This document shows positions 20,201 through 30,490 of a stretch of 64,000 nucleotides of DNA, one piece after another. The notes beneath the pieces were generated by a model. It saw only the letters and a program-made list of their open reading frames with translations. It ran no database searches and was not told the DNA's origin. The position numbers and the translations under genes are program-made. Position 1 is the first letter of the stretch, and each line of letters starts with the position of its first letter. The stretch is from a virus. Location of the stretch: IMG/VR virus record IMGVR_UViG_3300021356_000012, positions 6,141 through 70,140 of that record; one strand, written 5' to 3'.

Positions 20201-22743
20201 TCGATGACCTAGAAACTAAGGTTGGTACTGCAACTCTACAAACTGTTGCAACTGACCTATCAGCTGCAATCAACGAGATTCACGCAGAACTAGACACTGA
20301 AGCAGGTCACGTCGATACTCTACAATCAGAGATGGACGCTGTTGAAGGTCGCGCTACTGTCCTAGAAGGACGTGCAGACGGTCATGATTCAGACATCGCA
20401 GCTCACAACGTTCGTTTGAACGGTGCAGAGCAGGATATCGATGACCTAGAATCAATCGTCGGTACTGCAACTCTAGCAACTGTTGCAATCACTACTACTG
20501 AAGCTATCAACGAACTACACAGTGAAGTTGATATCAACACTGGTAAGGTTGCTACTCTTGAGTCGGAGATGGACGCAGTTGAACTACGTGCAACTTCACT
20601 AGAGAACCGCATGGCGGGTGTTGACAGTGACCAAGTTGTACAGGACGGTCGTCTAACTGTTAACGAAAGTGACATCGATTCGCTAGAAGCGAAGATGGGT
20701 ACTGGTGCATTCGCAACTGTTTCACAAACTACTGTAGGCGCAATTAACGAACTACACGGTGAAGTAGACGCGGCTGTCGCACGTATCGATGGTCACGATT
20801 CTGACGTAGGTGATCTGCAAGCGCAAATCACTGCGGAAGTTAACCGTGCAACTACTCAAGAAGGTCTAATCCGTAGCGAGTTCGCTACAGAAGACACTGC
20901 GGTCCGTGCAGAATTCGCGGCGGCAGATGCAGTAGTATTGGCGTCAGCAGCGGCAGACGCAACTTCTAAGGCGGATACTGCGGAAGCGAATGCGAAAGTA
21001 TACGCAGACGGTATCGTTGCTGCTGAAGAAACTGCACGTGAGAACGCGGACACGGTACTACAGTCTGCAATCGATGCAGAAGTTACTCGTGCACAGTCTG
21101 CTGAGGCGACATTGTCATCTCGTGCAACTGCACTAGAAACTGAAATGACTGCAACTCAAGCAGGTGCTGGTCTTTCAACTGCAGGTAACTACATCACTCC
21201 AACTGGTACTTCATACCTAGACGCATCTGTCTCTCTAGCAGACGCAGACGCGAAGCTAGACGCTGCTATCGCGGCAGAAGTATCACGTGCATCGGGTGTT
21301 GAGGCAGGTCTACAAACTCAAATCACTAACGAAATCGCAGCTCGCATCGCGGGTGACAGTGATCTTCAGTCACAGATTGATGCAGAAATCGGTCGTGCAA
21401 GTGGTGTTGAGAGTGACCAGGCGGCACTTATCCAAGCGAATGCTGACGCAATCGCGGCGGAAGAAAGTGCACGTCAGGCTGCAGATTCAAATCTACAGTC
21501 ACAAATCGACTTCATTACGTCAAACACTGATTCTGCGGCACTAGACTCGTTGACAGAAATCGTTGCGGCATTCCAGTCTGCAGACGGTACTCTAACTGGT
21601 CTAATCTCTCAGAACCAGACAGACATCGCAACTAACACTGCGGGTCTTGCACAAGAAATCACCGACCGTATTGCAGGCGATAACGCAGTACGTGGTGAGT
21701 TCGCTGCGGCAGATGCGGGTCTACAGACTCAAATCGATGGTAAGGTAAGCAAGTCAGGCGATTCAATGACCGGCGATCTTGCAATGGGTGGAAACAAGGT
21801 TTCTGGTCTTGCAGTCGGTACTGATTCTGCTGACGCAGTTAACGTAGGTCAATTGACTTCAGGTTTGGCTGCACAGCACATTTCACAGTTCAGTACAACT
21901 GACCTTGCTGAAGGTGACAACCTATACTACACTGACGCACGTTCACGCGCTGCATTCTCTGTAACCGACGTAGACGGTGAAGGTAACGTTTCATACGATA
22001 GCTCAACTGGTGTTCTATCAGTATCAACTGGTAAGGCATTCCTAGAGTTAGAAGATGTAAGCGAGTCTTCATTCACTGGACACGAAGGTTTCGTTGCACG
22101 TGTTAAGACTGACGGTTCGGCGATTGAATTCATCGACCCAACTCAGTTGGCATTTAACAACGCACAACGTCAAACTATGAATGGTGACGGTGCACAGACT
22201 ACATTCGCATTGAACTTCTACACGCAAGACCAAAACGCGATTGTATTCGTAGGTGGTGTTATTCAGGATCCGTCCACTCACTACTCTATCGATGCTGCAA
22301 ACCAAACTATCACGTTTAACAGTGCAATCCCTGTAGGTACTCAGGCGGTTGTTATTGCACAGTCAACTAACTCAGTCGGCGTACTAGACCCAGGCTCAGT
22401 TGGCGTTGAAACATTCGCTGACAACATCAAGCCTGCAATACAGGGTGTAGACATTGTAGTTGGTACTTCACCAGCTGTAGTATCTTCATTCAACGCTACT
22501 GTTTCTCGTGCAGCCAAGTTCATCGTAACTGTTGACCTAAACGGCGAACACGAAGTACGCGAGTGTATGGTTATCCATGATGGCACTACTGCATACATAA
22601 ATGAGTACGGTATTGTATTTACTGGTTCATCTCTACTAGGTGATACAGACGTACAAATGAGCGGAGACACTGTCGAGTTAACTTATGAGGCAGTTTCGGC
22701 TGGCGCAGTTGTTAAGGTTGTCAAGACTACTGTAGACGTATAA
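17275..22743 (+). CDS. Very long segmented coiled-coil fibre (1822 aa), possible whisker/fibritin analogue or long tail fibre
   Basis: Ala/Glu/Thr-rich EVTRATAAE repeats, LDSL.EIV.AF nodes, TDDL.EG.NLYFTDAR motifs; lies just upstream of the neck genes. Confidence 0.75.
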   Translation: MSFRQIKSPALADKAVINTKLDESAVQGQSTLTGMTSPDQCFTLLYDVGTDSLKKIASDDFFGSFSTDDLVEGSNLYFTDARAKTAVAQDIADAVAVEEARALAAEGVLQSAIDAEVVRATAAEQANATAISNEVTRATTRENAIETAYQSADAALSLRIDNILSNTDEVALNSLAEIVTAFEDADDVLTASTIANSNAIQAEVTRATAAEAANATAIANETTRATTAEADLQSQINTEVAARIAGDNALDTRLTTEEGNVDNLQSDLADEISRATAAEAVLTQDLADEVTRATAAEAANAQSIQDEITARAVADTQVRTDMTALINSGDAATLAAAKANDDLLIGDATVDGTASNTVTDRIATAKAEAIADADASVATEQAAREAADSDLQAGLDAEIARATAAEGVLTTDLAAEVTRATGEESRIEAKVDNIISNTDPAALDSLTEIVDAFQSVDSDIQALVNSNTVAISNEATTRASADTVLQGNIDAEAATRAAADTTLQQNIDAEETARIAGDAATLASAKAYTDQEADSHLAAAIAHADAQDAALIGDASVDGTAGNTVTARIATAKSEANAYTDAEIAAEAATRQADDDALSLRTTSLEGRMDTAEADITAVEGDLATEVAARTSGDATLQANIDAEETARIAADNTLQQNIDAEEARAVAAEADLQGQITAEVTRATGVEAGLRTDTDANTVGVATNATNLANEITRAQSAESTLQSNIDAEAVTRGNADTTLQANIDAEVTRATGVEAGLRTDIDANTAAIVGNDSDIAAETAARIAGDASLQSQLNAEITRATGEESRIEGRLDTEIARATGIEAGLRTDVDANAVEIAAVDSDLSDEIARATAAELVLTQDLAAEVTRATGVEAGLRTDVDSVTTRVDAIVGTSPETLDTLQEIVAAFEDADSDLQAVISANSGRLTTNESDIDALEVRATDLESRATLVEGRATALETEQSAQAGRLTVNEGDIDDLETKVGTATLQTVATDLSAAINEIHAELDTEAGHVDTLQSEMDAVEGRATVLEGRADGHDSDIAAHNVRLNGAEQDIDDLESIVGTATLATVAITTTEAINELHSEVDINTGKVATLESEMDAVELRATSLENRMAGVDSDQVVQDGRLTVNESDIDSLEAKMGTGAFATVSQTTVGAINELHGEVDAAVARIDGHDSDVGDLQAQITAEVNRATTQEGLIRSEFATEDTAVRAEFAAADAVVLASAAADATSKADTAEANAKVYADGIVAAEETARENADTVLQSAIDAEVTRAQSAEATLSSRATALETEMTATQAGAGLSTAGNYITPTGTSYLDASVSLADADAKLDAAIAAEVSRASGVEAGLQTQITNEIAARIAGDSDLQSQIDAEIGRASGVESDQAALIQANADAIAAEESARQAADSNLQSQIDFITSNTDSAALDSLTEIVAAFQSADGTLTGLISQNQTDIATNTAGLAQEITDRIAGDNAVRGEFAAADAGLQTQIDGKVSKSGDSMTGDLAMGGNKVSGLAVGTDSADAVNVGQLTSGLAAQHISQFSTTDLAEGDNLYYTDARSRAAFSVTDVDGEGNVSYDSSTGVLSVSTGKAFLELEDVSESSFTGHEGFVARVKTDGSAIEFIDPTQLAFNNAQRQTMNGDGAQTTFALNFYTQDQNAIVFVGGVIQDPSTHYSIDAANQTITFNSAIPVGTQAVVIAQSTNSVGVLDPGSVGVETFADNIKPAIQGVDIVVGTSPAVVSSFNATVSRAAKFIVTVDLNGEHEVRECMVIHDGTTAYINEYGIVFTGSSLLGDTDVQMSGDTVELTYEAVSAGAVVKVVKTTVDV

Positions 22744-22756
22744 TGGAACACTGATG

Positions 22757-22781
22757 AGGTGGGGGTTTCCCCACCTTTATT
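22757..22781 (+). terminator. Terminator hairpin
   Basis: AGGTGGGG-GTTT-CCCCACCT then TTATT. Confidence 0.6.
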
Positions 22782-22826
22782 ATCGAAAACAAACATTAGT
22801 GTAACTCAACTCAAAGGTAAAGAAAA

Positions 22827-25800
22827 ATGAGTACAAACAAAAAGTTCAGAGTACAGAACGGTATCGATGTCACTGGTGAAGTGGTTGTCGGTGGTGTAAC
22901 TGTAATTGATGCTGACGGTACCGTTGTTTCCGATTTAAGTGACCAGTTGGTCCCTCTTCAAAATGAAGTCGCTGCACTAGAGGTCTCAATCGAAAACATC
23001 CTTGGTACGTCACCAGAAACTCTTGATACCCTTCAAGAAATTGTTGCTTCTTTCCAAGGGGCAGACGGTGATTTACAAACTCTAATCACCACTAACGCAA
23101 CCGGCATTGCAACTAATGCCACTGCAATAACTGACGAAGAAACTGCTCGTGTTGCGGCTGACGCTGCACTTCAAACAGCAGTGGATGCGACAAACGCACG
23201 TACATCTGGTATCAGTACATCTTCAGGTTCGTCTAACATCCAGATGACCGCTGAAGTTGACATGGACAGTAACGCAGTTACTAACATGGCTGACCCAAGT
23301 TCTGCACAAGATGCAGCAACTAAGGCATACGTTGATGCGGCAGATACTACTCTACAAGGTAACATCACTACAGAGGCATCATCTCGTGCATCTGGAGACG
23401 CGAACCTACAGAGTCAGGTTGACGCACTAAGCGGTAACGTTGGCGGTTTGTCAACTACAGATATTCCAGAAGGTTCTAACCAGTATTACACTGACGCACG
23501 TGTTCGTGCAGCAGTTCAGGCTGGTACTGGAATGTCATACGAACAAAGCACTGGTGAGTTCTCAGTCAGTCTATCTGGCGGAGACGGTATCTCTGTATCG
23601 GGTGGAACTATATCCATTGATGGTACTGCAATTGCGCAGGACCTAATTCCATCTGCAGACGATACTTACAGTCTAGGTTCACCAGATAAGGTCTGGAAAG
23701 ATGTTTACATCGGCCCAGGGTCTTTATACCTAAACGGTACTAAGATTCTTGAAGACAATTCTGGTACAATCACTATGTACGCAGACGCAGGTCAGAATCT
23801 ATCGTTCGGTGCAACCGGCGGTGGTACTATCGACTTGAACGCTGGTGACGAAAGTATCCAGATCAAGTCAGACCTAGTATTGTCAGCAGGAGAGACTATT
23901 TCTACTGTCGGTGGGGTTGCAACTCCATTCGGTGGTCAAATCGACATGCAGACTCACAAGGTCGTTAATGTTGGTACCCCGACTGCAGACGCAGATGCCG
24001 CAACTAAGGCATATGTTGATGGTCGTGTAGATGCAGGCTCAATCTCCGGAGATAAGACTTTCTCTAATAACGTTGTCGTTTCAGGTAACTTAACTGTTCA
24101 GGGTACTACTACCACTGTAAACAGCGAGACTATCTCTCTGGCAGATAACATCATCGACGTTAACTCAAACGTTACTTCAGGTAACCCAACTGAAAACGCT
24201 GGTCTACGTGTTATGCGTGGTGACTCTCCAGCATCACAGTTGCGTTGGAACGAAGCGAACGACTATTGGGAAACTTTCGATGGTAGTGATTGGACTAAGG
24301 TCGCACTATCTACGACTGACCTTGCAGAAGGTTCTAACCAATACTTCACTGACGCACGTGCTCAGTCAGCGGTTGCAGGAGATATTTCTTCGGCAGTTGC
24401 AGCTGAGGCAGTTCTACGTGCGGACGCGGACACTGCAGAAGCAAGTGCTCGTGCATCAGCTGATGCATCACTACAATCTGATATCGACGGTGAAATCGCT
24501 CGTGCACAGGGTGTAGAGGCAGGTTTGGATTCAGACATCTCAGTTAACGCTGCAGGTGTTGCATCTAACGCGGCTGCAATCGCACAGGAAGTGACTGACC
24601 GTACTGGTGCAGTTGCAACTGTACAGTCTAACGTTGACGCAGAAGAAGCGGCGCGTATCGCAGCAGATGGTGGTCTACAGACTCAAATCACTGCACTAGA
24701 CGCGAAGCATGATAGTGACCACGCTGCAATGATTTCATCATTGGCGGGTGAGACTACTGCACGTATCTCAGGTGATGGTAACCTACAGACGCAAATCGAC
24801 GCGGTCGAGGCTGCAGTAGAAGCAATCACTAACGGCTCAGTTGCATCACTAGACACTCTAGTAGAAGTTGTTAATGCATTCGAGAATGCGGACAGCGACC
24901 TACAGGCAGTTATCACTGGTAACACTTCAACTATCTCTGGTGTCAACACTCGTGTTGGTACTTTAGAAGGTGAGATGGATGCGGTTCAGGCATTGGCCTC
25001 AACTAACTCTTCTCTATTGGCTAACCACGGTCCACGCATCTCTACTAACGAGACTGACATTTCTTCACTACAGACTTTCTCTGGTGAAGGAACTGTACTA
25101 GGTACTGCTGCAGTATCACTTGCTGCCGCAATCAACGAGATTCACTCTGAGTTGAACTCTGTTGTTGCAGACCTAGGCGTTGAAGTAGGTCGTGCGACTG
25201 GTGTCGAGGCAGGTTTAGATTCAGACATCTCTGCTGAAGCTGTCGCTCGTGCAAACGCAGACACAAGTCTACAGTCTCAGATTTCTTCTGAGATTGCACG
25301 TGCAACTAGCGCGGAATCAGGTCTTTCAGGTGATATCTCAGCTGAGACTACTGCACGTGTTCAGGGTGACGCGAACCTACAATCACAAATCGACTCACTA
25401 TCTACGTCTATAACTGACGAAGGTAATGGTCGTGACAGTGATGTATCAGACCTACAGGCACAAATCAATAGCATCTTGTCTAACACAGACCAGGCTGCAA
25501 TTGACTCGTTGACTGAGGTTGTCGCTGCATTCCAGAGCGCAGACAACTCACTAGGTACCCTAATCACTCAAAACCAGACTACTCTAGGCCTACACGGCGG
25601 ACGTTTGGATGCGATTGAGGCATGGGATACAGATAACGTCTCAGAAGGTTCATCGAACCTATACTTCACTGAGGCTCGTGCACGTGGATGTGTATCTGCA
25701 GACGCAGGTTCATGCATCGACTACAATGAGTCAACTGGTAAGTTCTCACTAGACGTATCTGAAGTTGAGAGTGCGGTAACTCCAGACAACGCGACAAACG

Positions 25801-25877
25801 CGGATAAGTTAGACGGACAACACGGTTCACACTACCGTATTGACATCTACGATATCAACGGTACTGTTGTTAACTAA
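22827..25877 (+). CDS. Second segmented coiled-coil fibre (1016 aa), paralogous to 17275..22743
   Basis: Shares GTSPETLDTLQEIV, TTD..EGSN.Y.TDAR and DAATKAYVD motifs; GNLTVQGTTTTVNS fibre motif; ends with NADKLDGQHGS.Y. Confidence 0.75.
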   Translation: MSTNKKFRVQNGIDVTGEVVVGGVTVIDADGTVVSDLSDQLVPLQNEVAALEVSIENILGTSPETLDTLQEIVASFQGADGDLQTLITTNATGIATNATAITDEETARVAADAALQTAVDATNARTSGISTSSGSSNIQMTAEVDMDSNAVTNMADPSSAQDAATKAYVDAADTTLQGNITTEASSRASGDANLQSQVDALSGNVGGLSTTDIPEGSNQYYTDARVRAAVQAGTGMSYEQSTGEFSVSLSGGDGISVSGGTISIDGTAIAQDLIPSADDTYSLGSPDKVWKDVYIGPGSLYLNGTKILEDNSGTITMYADAGQNLSFGATGGGTIDLNAGDESIQIKSDLVLSAGETISTVGGVATPFGGQIDMQTHKVVNVGTPTADADAATKAYVDGRVDAGSISGDKTFSNNVVVSGNLTVQGTTTTVNSETISLADNIIDVNSNVTSGNPTENAGLRVMRGDSPASQLRWNEANDYWETFDGSDWTKVALSTTDLAEGSNQYFTDARAQSAVAGDISSAVAAEAVLRADADTAEASARASADASLQSDIDGEIARAQGVEAGLDSDISVNAAGVASNAAAIAQEVTDRTGAVATVQSNVDAEEAARIAADGGLQTQITALDAKHDSDHAAMISSLAGETTARISGDGNLQTQIDAVEAAVEAITNGSVASLDTLVEVVNAFENADSDLQAVITGNTSTISGVNTRVGTLEGEMDAVQALASTNSSLLANHGPRISTNETDISSLQTFSGEGTVLGTAAVSLAAAINEIHSELNSVVADLGVEVGRATGVEAGLDSDISAEAVARANADTSLQSQISSEIARATSAESGLSGDISAETTARVQGDANLQSQIDSLSTSITDEGNGRDSDVSDLQAQINSILSNTDQAAIDSLTEVVAAFQSADNSLGTLITQNQTTLGLHGGRLDAIEAWDTDNVSEGSSNLYFTEARARGCVSADAGSCIDYNESTGKFSLDVSEVESAVTPDNATNADKLDGQHGSHYRIDIYDINGTVVN

Positions 25878-25895
25878 TACATTTTATATGTGTAG

Positions 25896-25920
25896 AAAGG
25901 GGACTTCGGTCCCCTTTTTT
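25896..25920 (+). terminator. Rho-independent terminator
   Basis: AAAGGGGAC-TTCG-GTCCCCTTTTTT. Confidence 0.9.
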
Positions 25921-25928
25921 ATTGCTGA

Positions 25929-25948
25929 TATAAATAAACGTATAAATA
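25929..25948 (+). promoter_or_regulatory. Tandem late promoters (TATAAATA at 25929 and 25941)
   Basis: Two exact consensus copies upstream of gp13. Confidence 0.8.
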
Positions 25949-25974
25949 GTATTATTCAACCATGAGACCATCCA

Positions 25975-26745
25975 ATGTACGCAACAAGTAAAGAGGAATT
26001 GATAGACTATTGCCTACGCTCTCTAGGGCATCCGGTGGTGGATATCAACATTGATGAAGAACAACTAGACGACCGTGTTGACGAAGCCGTCCAGTGGTTC
26101 CGTGAGTTTCATCCAGATGGCTCAAAAAGGTTTTATCTGCAACATCAACTGACTGAACAAGATATCGCCAATAAGTATATTGATTTCCCAGACGACATGG
26201 ACCTACTGAGTGTTGTTCGTATGTTGCCTGTATCTTACACAGGGGCACAGACAGGGTGGTTCAGTGACGCATGGCAGTTCATGAAATTTACTGTTAGTGA
26301 CTTCGTCAACGGCCGTGGTATTCTTGGTGACCTTGCATATTACGAACAAATGCAACAACACTTGTCTTTGATTGACATGAAGTTGAGCGGGTTACCAGTC
26401 ATAACGTTTGACAGACAATACAACCGAATTAATTTGCATATCAGTACATCAAAACTTGAGGTAGGGGACTACGTTGTGTTTGAGGTGTACGGTGTGCGCA
26501 ACCCAGACGATACTGTAAACGAATACAACAACCTTTGGAATCATCGTTTTTTGAAGGCATATGCAACTGCACTAATTAAGAAGCAGTGGGGTCAAAACCT
26601 TATCAAGTTTGACGGTATGACACTCCCAGGCGGAGTCACCGTTAACGCTCGTCAAATCTATGAAGATGCACTTCAGGATATTGACAAGGTCATGGAGAAA
26701 TTCCGTGAAGAAGATGAGGAAGGCCCAATGTTCTTTATGGGGTAA
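25975..26745 (+). CDS. gp13: Neck protein gp13
   Basis: LIDYCLRSLGHPVVDIN...KKQWGQNLIKFDGMTLPGGVTVN; T4 synteny. Confidence 0.92.
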   Translation: MYATSKEELIDYCLRSLGHPVVDINIDEEQLDDRVDEAVQWFREFHPDGSKRFYLQHQLTEQDIANKYIDFPDDMDLLSVVRMLPVSYTGAQTGWFSDAWQFMKFTVSDFVNGRGILGDLAYYEQMQQHLSLIDMKLSGLPVITFDRQYNRINLHISTSKLEVGDYVVFEVYGVRNPDDTVNEYNNLWNHRFLKAYATALIKKQWGQNLIKFDGMTLPGGVTVNARQIYEDALQDIDKVMEKFREEDEEGPMFFMG

Positions 26746-26748
26746 ACC

Positions 26749-27636
26749 ATGGCGACGAATCCATATATTAGTCAAGGACATAGACCGGAGCAAAGTCTAT
26801 ACGAAGACTTGATAATCGAATCTATCAAGTTTTACGGTCAGGACATTTATTATCTACCGAGAGAAGTGGTAGAACGTGAAGACATTTTCCTTGATAGTAT
26901 TCAGTCACAATTTTCAGACGCATACAAAATCGAAGTGTTTATCGAGAACACTGAAGGTTTTGATGGTGAGACTAATATCTTCACTAAGTTTGGTATCGAG
27001 TTACGTGACCAAGCCACTTTTGTCATCGCACGTCGTCGATGGAGAGAGTTGGTGGGTGACAGATTATCTGAGCAGTATCAGTTCCGTCCACGTGAGGGGG
27101 ACTTGATATTCTTACCACTATCCCAATCTCTGTTTGAGGTTAAACTGGTGGAAACAGAAACACCATTCTATCAGTTGAACCAACTACCTTTATTCCGCGT
27201 ACAGTGCGAACTATTCGAATTCTCAGACGAAGATTTCGATACTGGTATTCCAGACATCGATATCGTGGAGAGAGAACACGCATTCCAGTACCACGTTCAG
27301 ATGGCTGCACCAGAATCAGGCCAAGGTGGATTTTACGAGATAGGTGAGACGGTGGTTCAAACCTACGATGACTTCGAGATGAAGGGCGAGGTTGCATCAT
27401 GGAATAGTGAGACCCGAATTCTTTCTATCGCACACTCAGGTGCAACCGATGGTAAGTACCACGAGTGGTCTACTGATAGGGTGATTGAGAGTGATTCGGG
27501 TGCAACGTTTATGCCTGTTACTGTGAGCGAAGACGTTAATGAAATACAACCATTTAGTCAGAATCAAATCTTTGATGACTTTGAAAATGATTTCTTAGAC
27601 TTCACTGAGGGTAATCCATTTGGAGATGTGTCGTAA
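26749..27636 (+). CDS. gp14: Neck protein gp14
   Basis: EQSLYEDLIIESIKFYG.D.YYLPR...KFGIELRD...RPREGDLI; ends NPFG. Confidence 0.92.
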   Translation: MATNPYISQGHRPEQSLYEDLIIESIKFYGQDIYYLPREVVEREDIFLDSIQSQFSDAYKIEVFIENTEGFDGETNIFTKFGIELRDQATFVIARRRWRELVGDRLSEQYQFRPREGDLIFLPLSQSLFEVKLVETETPFYQLNQLPLFRVQCELFEFSDEDFDTGIPDIDIVEREHAFQYHVQMAAPESGQGGFYEIGETVVQTYDDFEMKGEVASWNSETRILSIAHSGATDGKYHEWSTDRVIESDSGATFMPVTVSEDVNEIQPFSQNQIFDDFENDFLDFTEGNPFGDVS

Positions 27637-28409
27637 TGTTTGGGACTTATTTTTATAACAAAAGGGTCCGTACAAGTGTTTCTGTGTTTGGGTCTCTGTT
27701 CAATAACATACATGTTTTAAGAACAAAACAAGACGGTACCGTGATGTCTCAGGTCAAGGTCCCGTTGTCGTATGCACCTAAACGTAACTTCATGGAGCGT
27801 CTCGAAGAGATGTCACAGGGAGAGGAAGCAGAACGTAGAGTTGCGATTAAACTCCCTCGTATGTCTTTCGAGATTACGTCGATGACGTACGATGCGCAGA
27901 GACAGTTACCTAAAATTAATAGCTTCACATCGTCGATGGAAGATGCGGACGGTGCTAAACGACGCAGAGTCTACACAGGCGTTCCTTATAATATTAGTTT
28001 CCAGTTGAGTGTATATGCAAAGAGTCAAGATGATGCGCTACAGATTGTAGAACAAATCTTACCATACTTTGCTCCGCAGTATACTTTATCGGTAAAACCA
28101 TTTTCCGATCTACCGGATGTTACAGAAGATGTCCCAATCACTTTAACGGGCGTCGATTTTCAGGATGACTTTGAAGGTCCATTAGAGCAACGTAGGACTA
28201 TCATATATAATTTAAACTTTGACATGAAGATGAACTTCTACGGTCCAATACAAGATGACAAGATTATTCGTGAGGTTAACATGAACTTGCATCTAATGGA
28301 CCCAGATGAGTTTGTTTACAACATCGAGATCACACCAGTTCCGGCTGACGTAAGTCCGGACGATGACTATGGTTTCGGGATAGAGTATAATGACGAGAGA
28401 TACACGTAA
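27636..28409 (+). CDS. gp15: Tail sheath stabiliser/terminator gp15
   Basis: FG.LFNNI...KVPLSYAPK...LPRMSFE...QIVEQILPYF.P. Confidence 0.92.
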   Translation: MFGTYFYNKRVRTSVSVFGSLFNNIHVLRTKQDGTVMSQVKVPLSYAPKRNFMERLEEMSQGEEAERRVAIKLPRMSFEITSMTYDAQRQLPKINSFTSSMEDADGAKRRRVYTGVPYNISFQLSVYAKSQDDALQIVEQILPYFAPQYTLSVKPFSDLPDVTEDVPITLTGVDFQDDFEGPLEQRRTIIYNLNFDMKMNFYGPIQDDKIIREVNMNLHLMDPDEFVYNIEITPVPADVSPDDDYGFGIEYNDERYT

Positions 28410-28782
28410 ACCACCAGCGTTATTTGACGAAGAACAGAAGAAGAACTTCGTCCACGAACAAGACTACGAATACTCTAGGGACACTTACTATGACCTCATA
28501 GAGAAAGGTCGTGAGTCACTAGAACTTATGATTGAGGTCGCACGTGAAAGCGAACACCCTCGTGCGTTCGAAGTGTTGTCGAATATGATTAAAGGCATCG
28601 CAGATGTCAATGATAAATTGATGGACTTGAATAAGAAGCAGAAGGAATTACAGAAAGACGATTCCTCTGTTGAAAAAACCACAACAAACAACAATCTGTT
28701 TGTTGGGTCTACAACGGAACTGCAGCGTATGTTGCAGGGTCAGGATGAGAAAGTCATCGACCACGATGACAGTGATGAATGA
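28390..28782 (+). CDS. gp16: Terminase small subunit gp16
   Basis: DYEYSR...HPRAFEV...NNNLFVGSTTELQ. Confidence 0.9.
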   Translation: MTRDTRKPPALFDEEQKKNFVHEQDYEYSRDTYYDLIEKGRESLELMIEVARESEHPRAFEVLSNMIKGIADVNDKLMDLNKKQKELQKDDSSVEKTTTNNNLFVGSTTELQRMLQGQDEKVIDHDDSDE

Positions 28783-30404
28783 GTACGTACACTAAGAATT
28801 CCTACTTAGGTAATCCAAACGTAAAACGAGATGGTGTCGCAGAAGAGTGGGACGCCAAGAAACTGCGCGAGTATAAGAAATGCATGAAAGACCCCGCATA
28901 CTTCTGTCGCAAGTATGTGAAAGTCGTGCATCTTGATAAGGGTCTGGTGCCGTTCAAACTCTATCCGTATCAGGAGGAGATGTTTAAACACTTCAACGAC
29001 CACCGATTCAACATCGTGTTGGCCTGTCGTCAGTCGGGTAAGTCGATTAGTTCGGTCGGGTATCTGTTGTGGTATGCACTATTCCACCCAGAGAAGACTA
29101 TCGCAATCCTTGCGAACAAGGGGATGACTGCACGTGAGATGTTGGCACGGGTCACACTCATGTTGGAGAATCTTCCGTTCTTCCTACAGCCTGGCTGTAA
29201 GGCGCTGAACAAGGGTTCACTGGAGTTCTCTAACAACTCTCGTATTATCGCTGCGGCGACATCTGGTTCATCTATTCGTGGTATGTCGGTCAACTTACTG
29301 TTCCTAGATGAGTTTGCGTTTGTCGAAAACGCGGCCGAGTTTTATACGTCAACCTATCCGGTAATCTCATCGGGTAAGGATACTAAAGTCATCATCACGT
29401 CAACCGCAAACGGTATCGGTAACACCTACCACAAGATATGGGAAGGTGCAGTGCAAGGTGTGAACGAATACAAACCTTTTCGTGTGGATTGGTGGGATGT
29501 CCCTGGCCGTGATGAGAAATGGAAAGAACAAACAATTGCAAACACATCTGGTTTGCAGTTTGACCAAGAATTCGGTAATACATTCTTTGGTACAGGCAAC
29601 ACATTGATTGAGGGTCAGGTTCTTTTGGACCTACGTGCGCGTGAACCAATACAACGTCTGGAGGGTGGGGACCTTCTAGTATATCAAGAACCCGTTGCAG
29701 GACATCAATATATCATGACCGTTGACGTTTGTCAAGGGCGTGGTCAAGATTATTCTACGTTCAACATTATCGACGTAAGCCAGACACCGTTCAAACAGGT
29801 ATGCGTATATCGTAATAATATGATATCACCCATCCTGTACCCTAATATCATTTATAAGTACGCGACACTGTATAACGAAGCGTACACAGTCATCGAGAAC
29901 AATGACCAAGGAATGGTCGTGTGCGTGGGTCTATATCAGGACTTAGAGTACGAGAACATTCACCTTGAGTCTGCAATCAAATCTGACGCAATCGGTATTC
30001 GGATGGACCGAAAGGTGAAACGTATCGGATGTTCTCAGATAAAAGATATCATCGAGAACAACAAACTAGAGGTCGTCGATGAGAACACCATCCTAGAAAT
30101 ATCAACGTTTGTGTCTAAGGGACAGTCGTTCGAGGCGAGTGATGGTAACCACGACGACTTGATGATGAATCTTGTAATGTTCGGTTACTTCGTGGGTACA
30201 CAGGCTTGGGGTGACCTTACGGACGTTGATATCAAGCGCATGTTGTTCGACCATCGCATGAAAGAAATCGAGGATGATGTGCCCCCATTTGGTATTATAG
30301 ATGACGGTAGCGATTATATACCACAACAAGACTTGACAGACCCGTTTAATCAGGGATGGCATTCAGTAGAAGGAATAGACTTTTCACCGGCCGATGATTG
30401 GTGA
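28779..30404 (+). CDS. gp17: Terminase large subunit gp17
   Basis: Walker A RQSGKS, Walker B FLDEFAF, STANG coupling motif, RNase H-like DV..G..QDYS and HDDLMM. Confidence 0.97.
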   Translation: MSTYTKNSYLGNPNVKRDGVAEEWDAKKLREYKKCMKDPAYFCRKYVKVVHLDKGLVPFKLYPYQEEMFKHFNDHRFNIVLACRQSGKSISSVGYLLWYALFHPEKTIAILANKGMTAREMLARVTLMLENLPFFLQPGCKALNKGSLEFSNNSRIIAAATSGSSIRGMSVNLLFLDEFAFVENAAEFYTSTYPVISSGKDTKVIITSTANGIGNTYHKIWEGAVQGVNEYKPFRVDWWDVPGRDEKWKEQTIANTSGLQFDQEFGNTFFGTGNTLIEGQVLLDLRAREPIQRLEGGDLLVYQEPVAGHQYIMTVDVCQGRGQDYSTFNIIDVSQTPFKQVCVYRNNMISPILYPNIIYKYATLYNEAYTVIENNDQGMVVCVGLYQDLEYENIHLESAIKSDAIGIRMDRKVKRIGCSQIKDIIENNKLEVVDENTILEISTFVSKGQSFEASDGNHDDLMMNLVMFGYFVGTQAWGDLTDVDIKRMLFDHRMKEIEDDVPPFGIIDDGSDYIPQQDLTDPFNQGWHSVEGIDFSPADDW

Positions 30405-30416
30405 AAATCACTAATT

Positions 30417-30424
30417 TATAAATA
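30417..30424 (+). promoter_or_regulatory. Late promoter TATAAATA
   Basis: Exact consensus upstream of gp18. Confidence 0.8.
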
Positions 30425-30490
30425 GAAGTATTGAAAAAAAATCCGTATTATGTTTAACTTATTATTCGCTACCGATTAAAGGAAAAGGTT

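Noticed and set aside
8806-25877. Diversity-generating retroelement acting on fibres
   Set aside because: No reverse transcriptase in the window, and no template/variable repeat pair differing only at adenines was seen.
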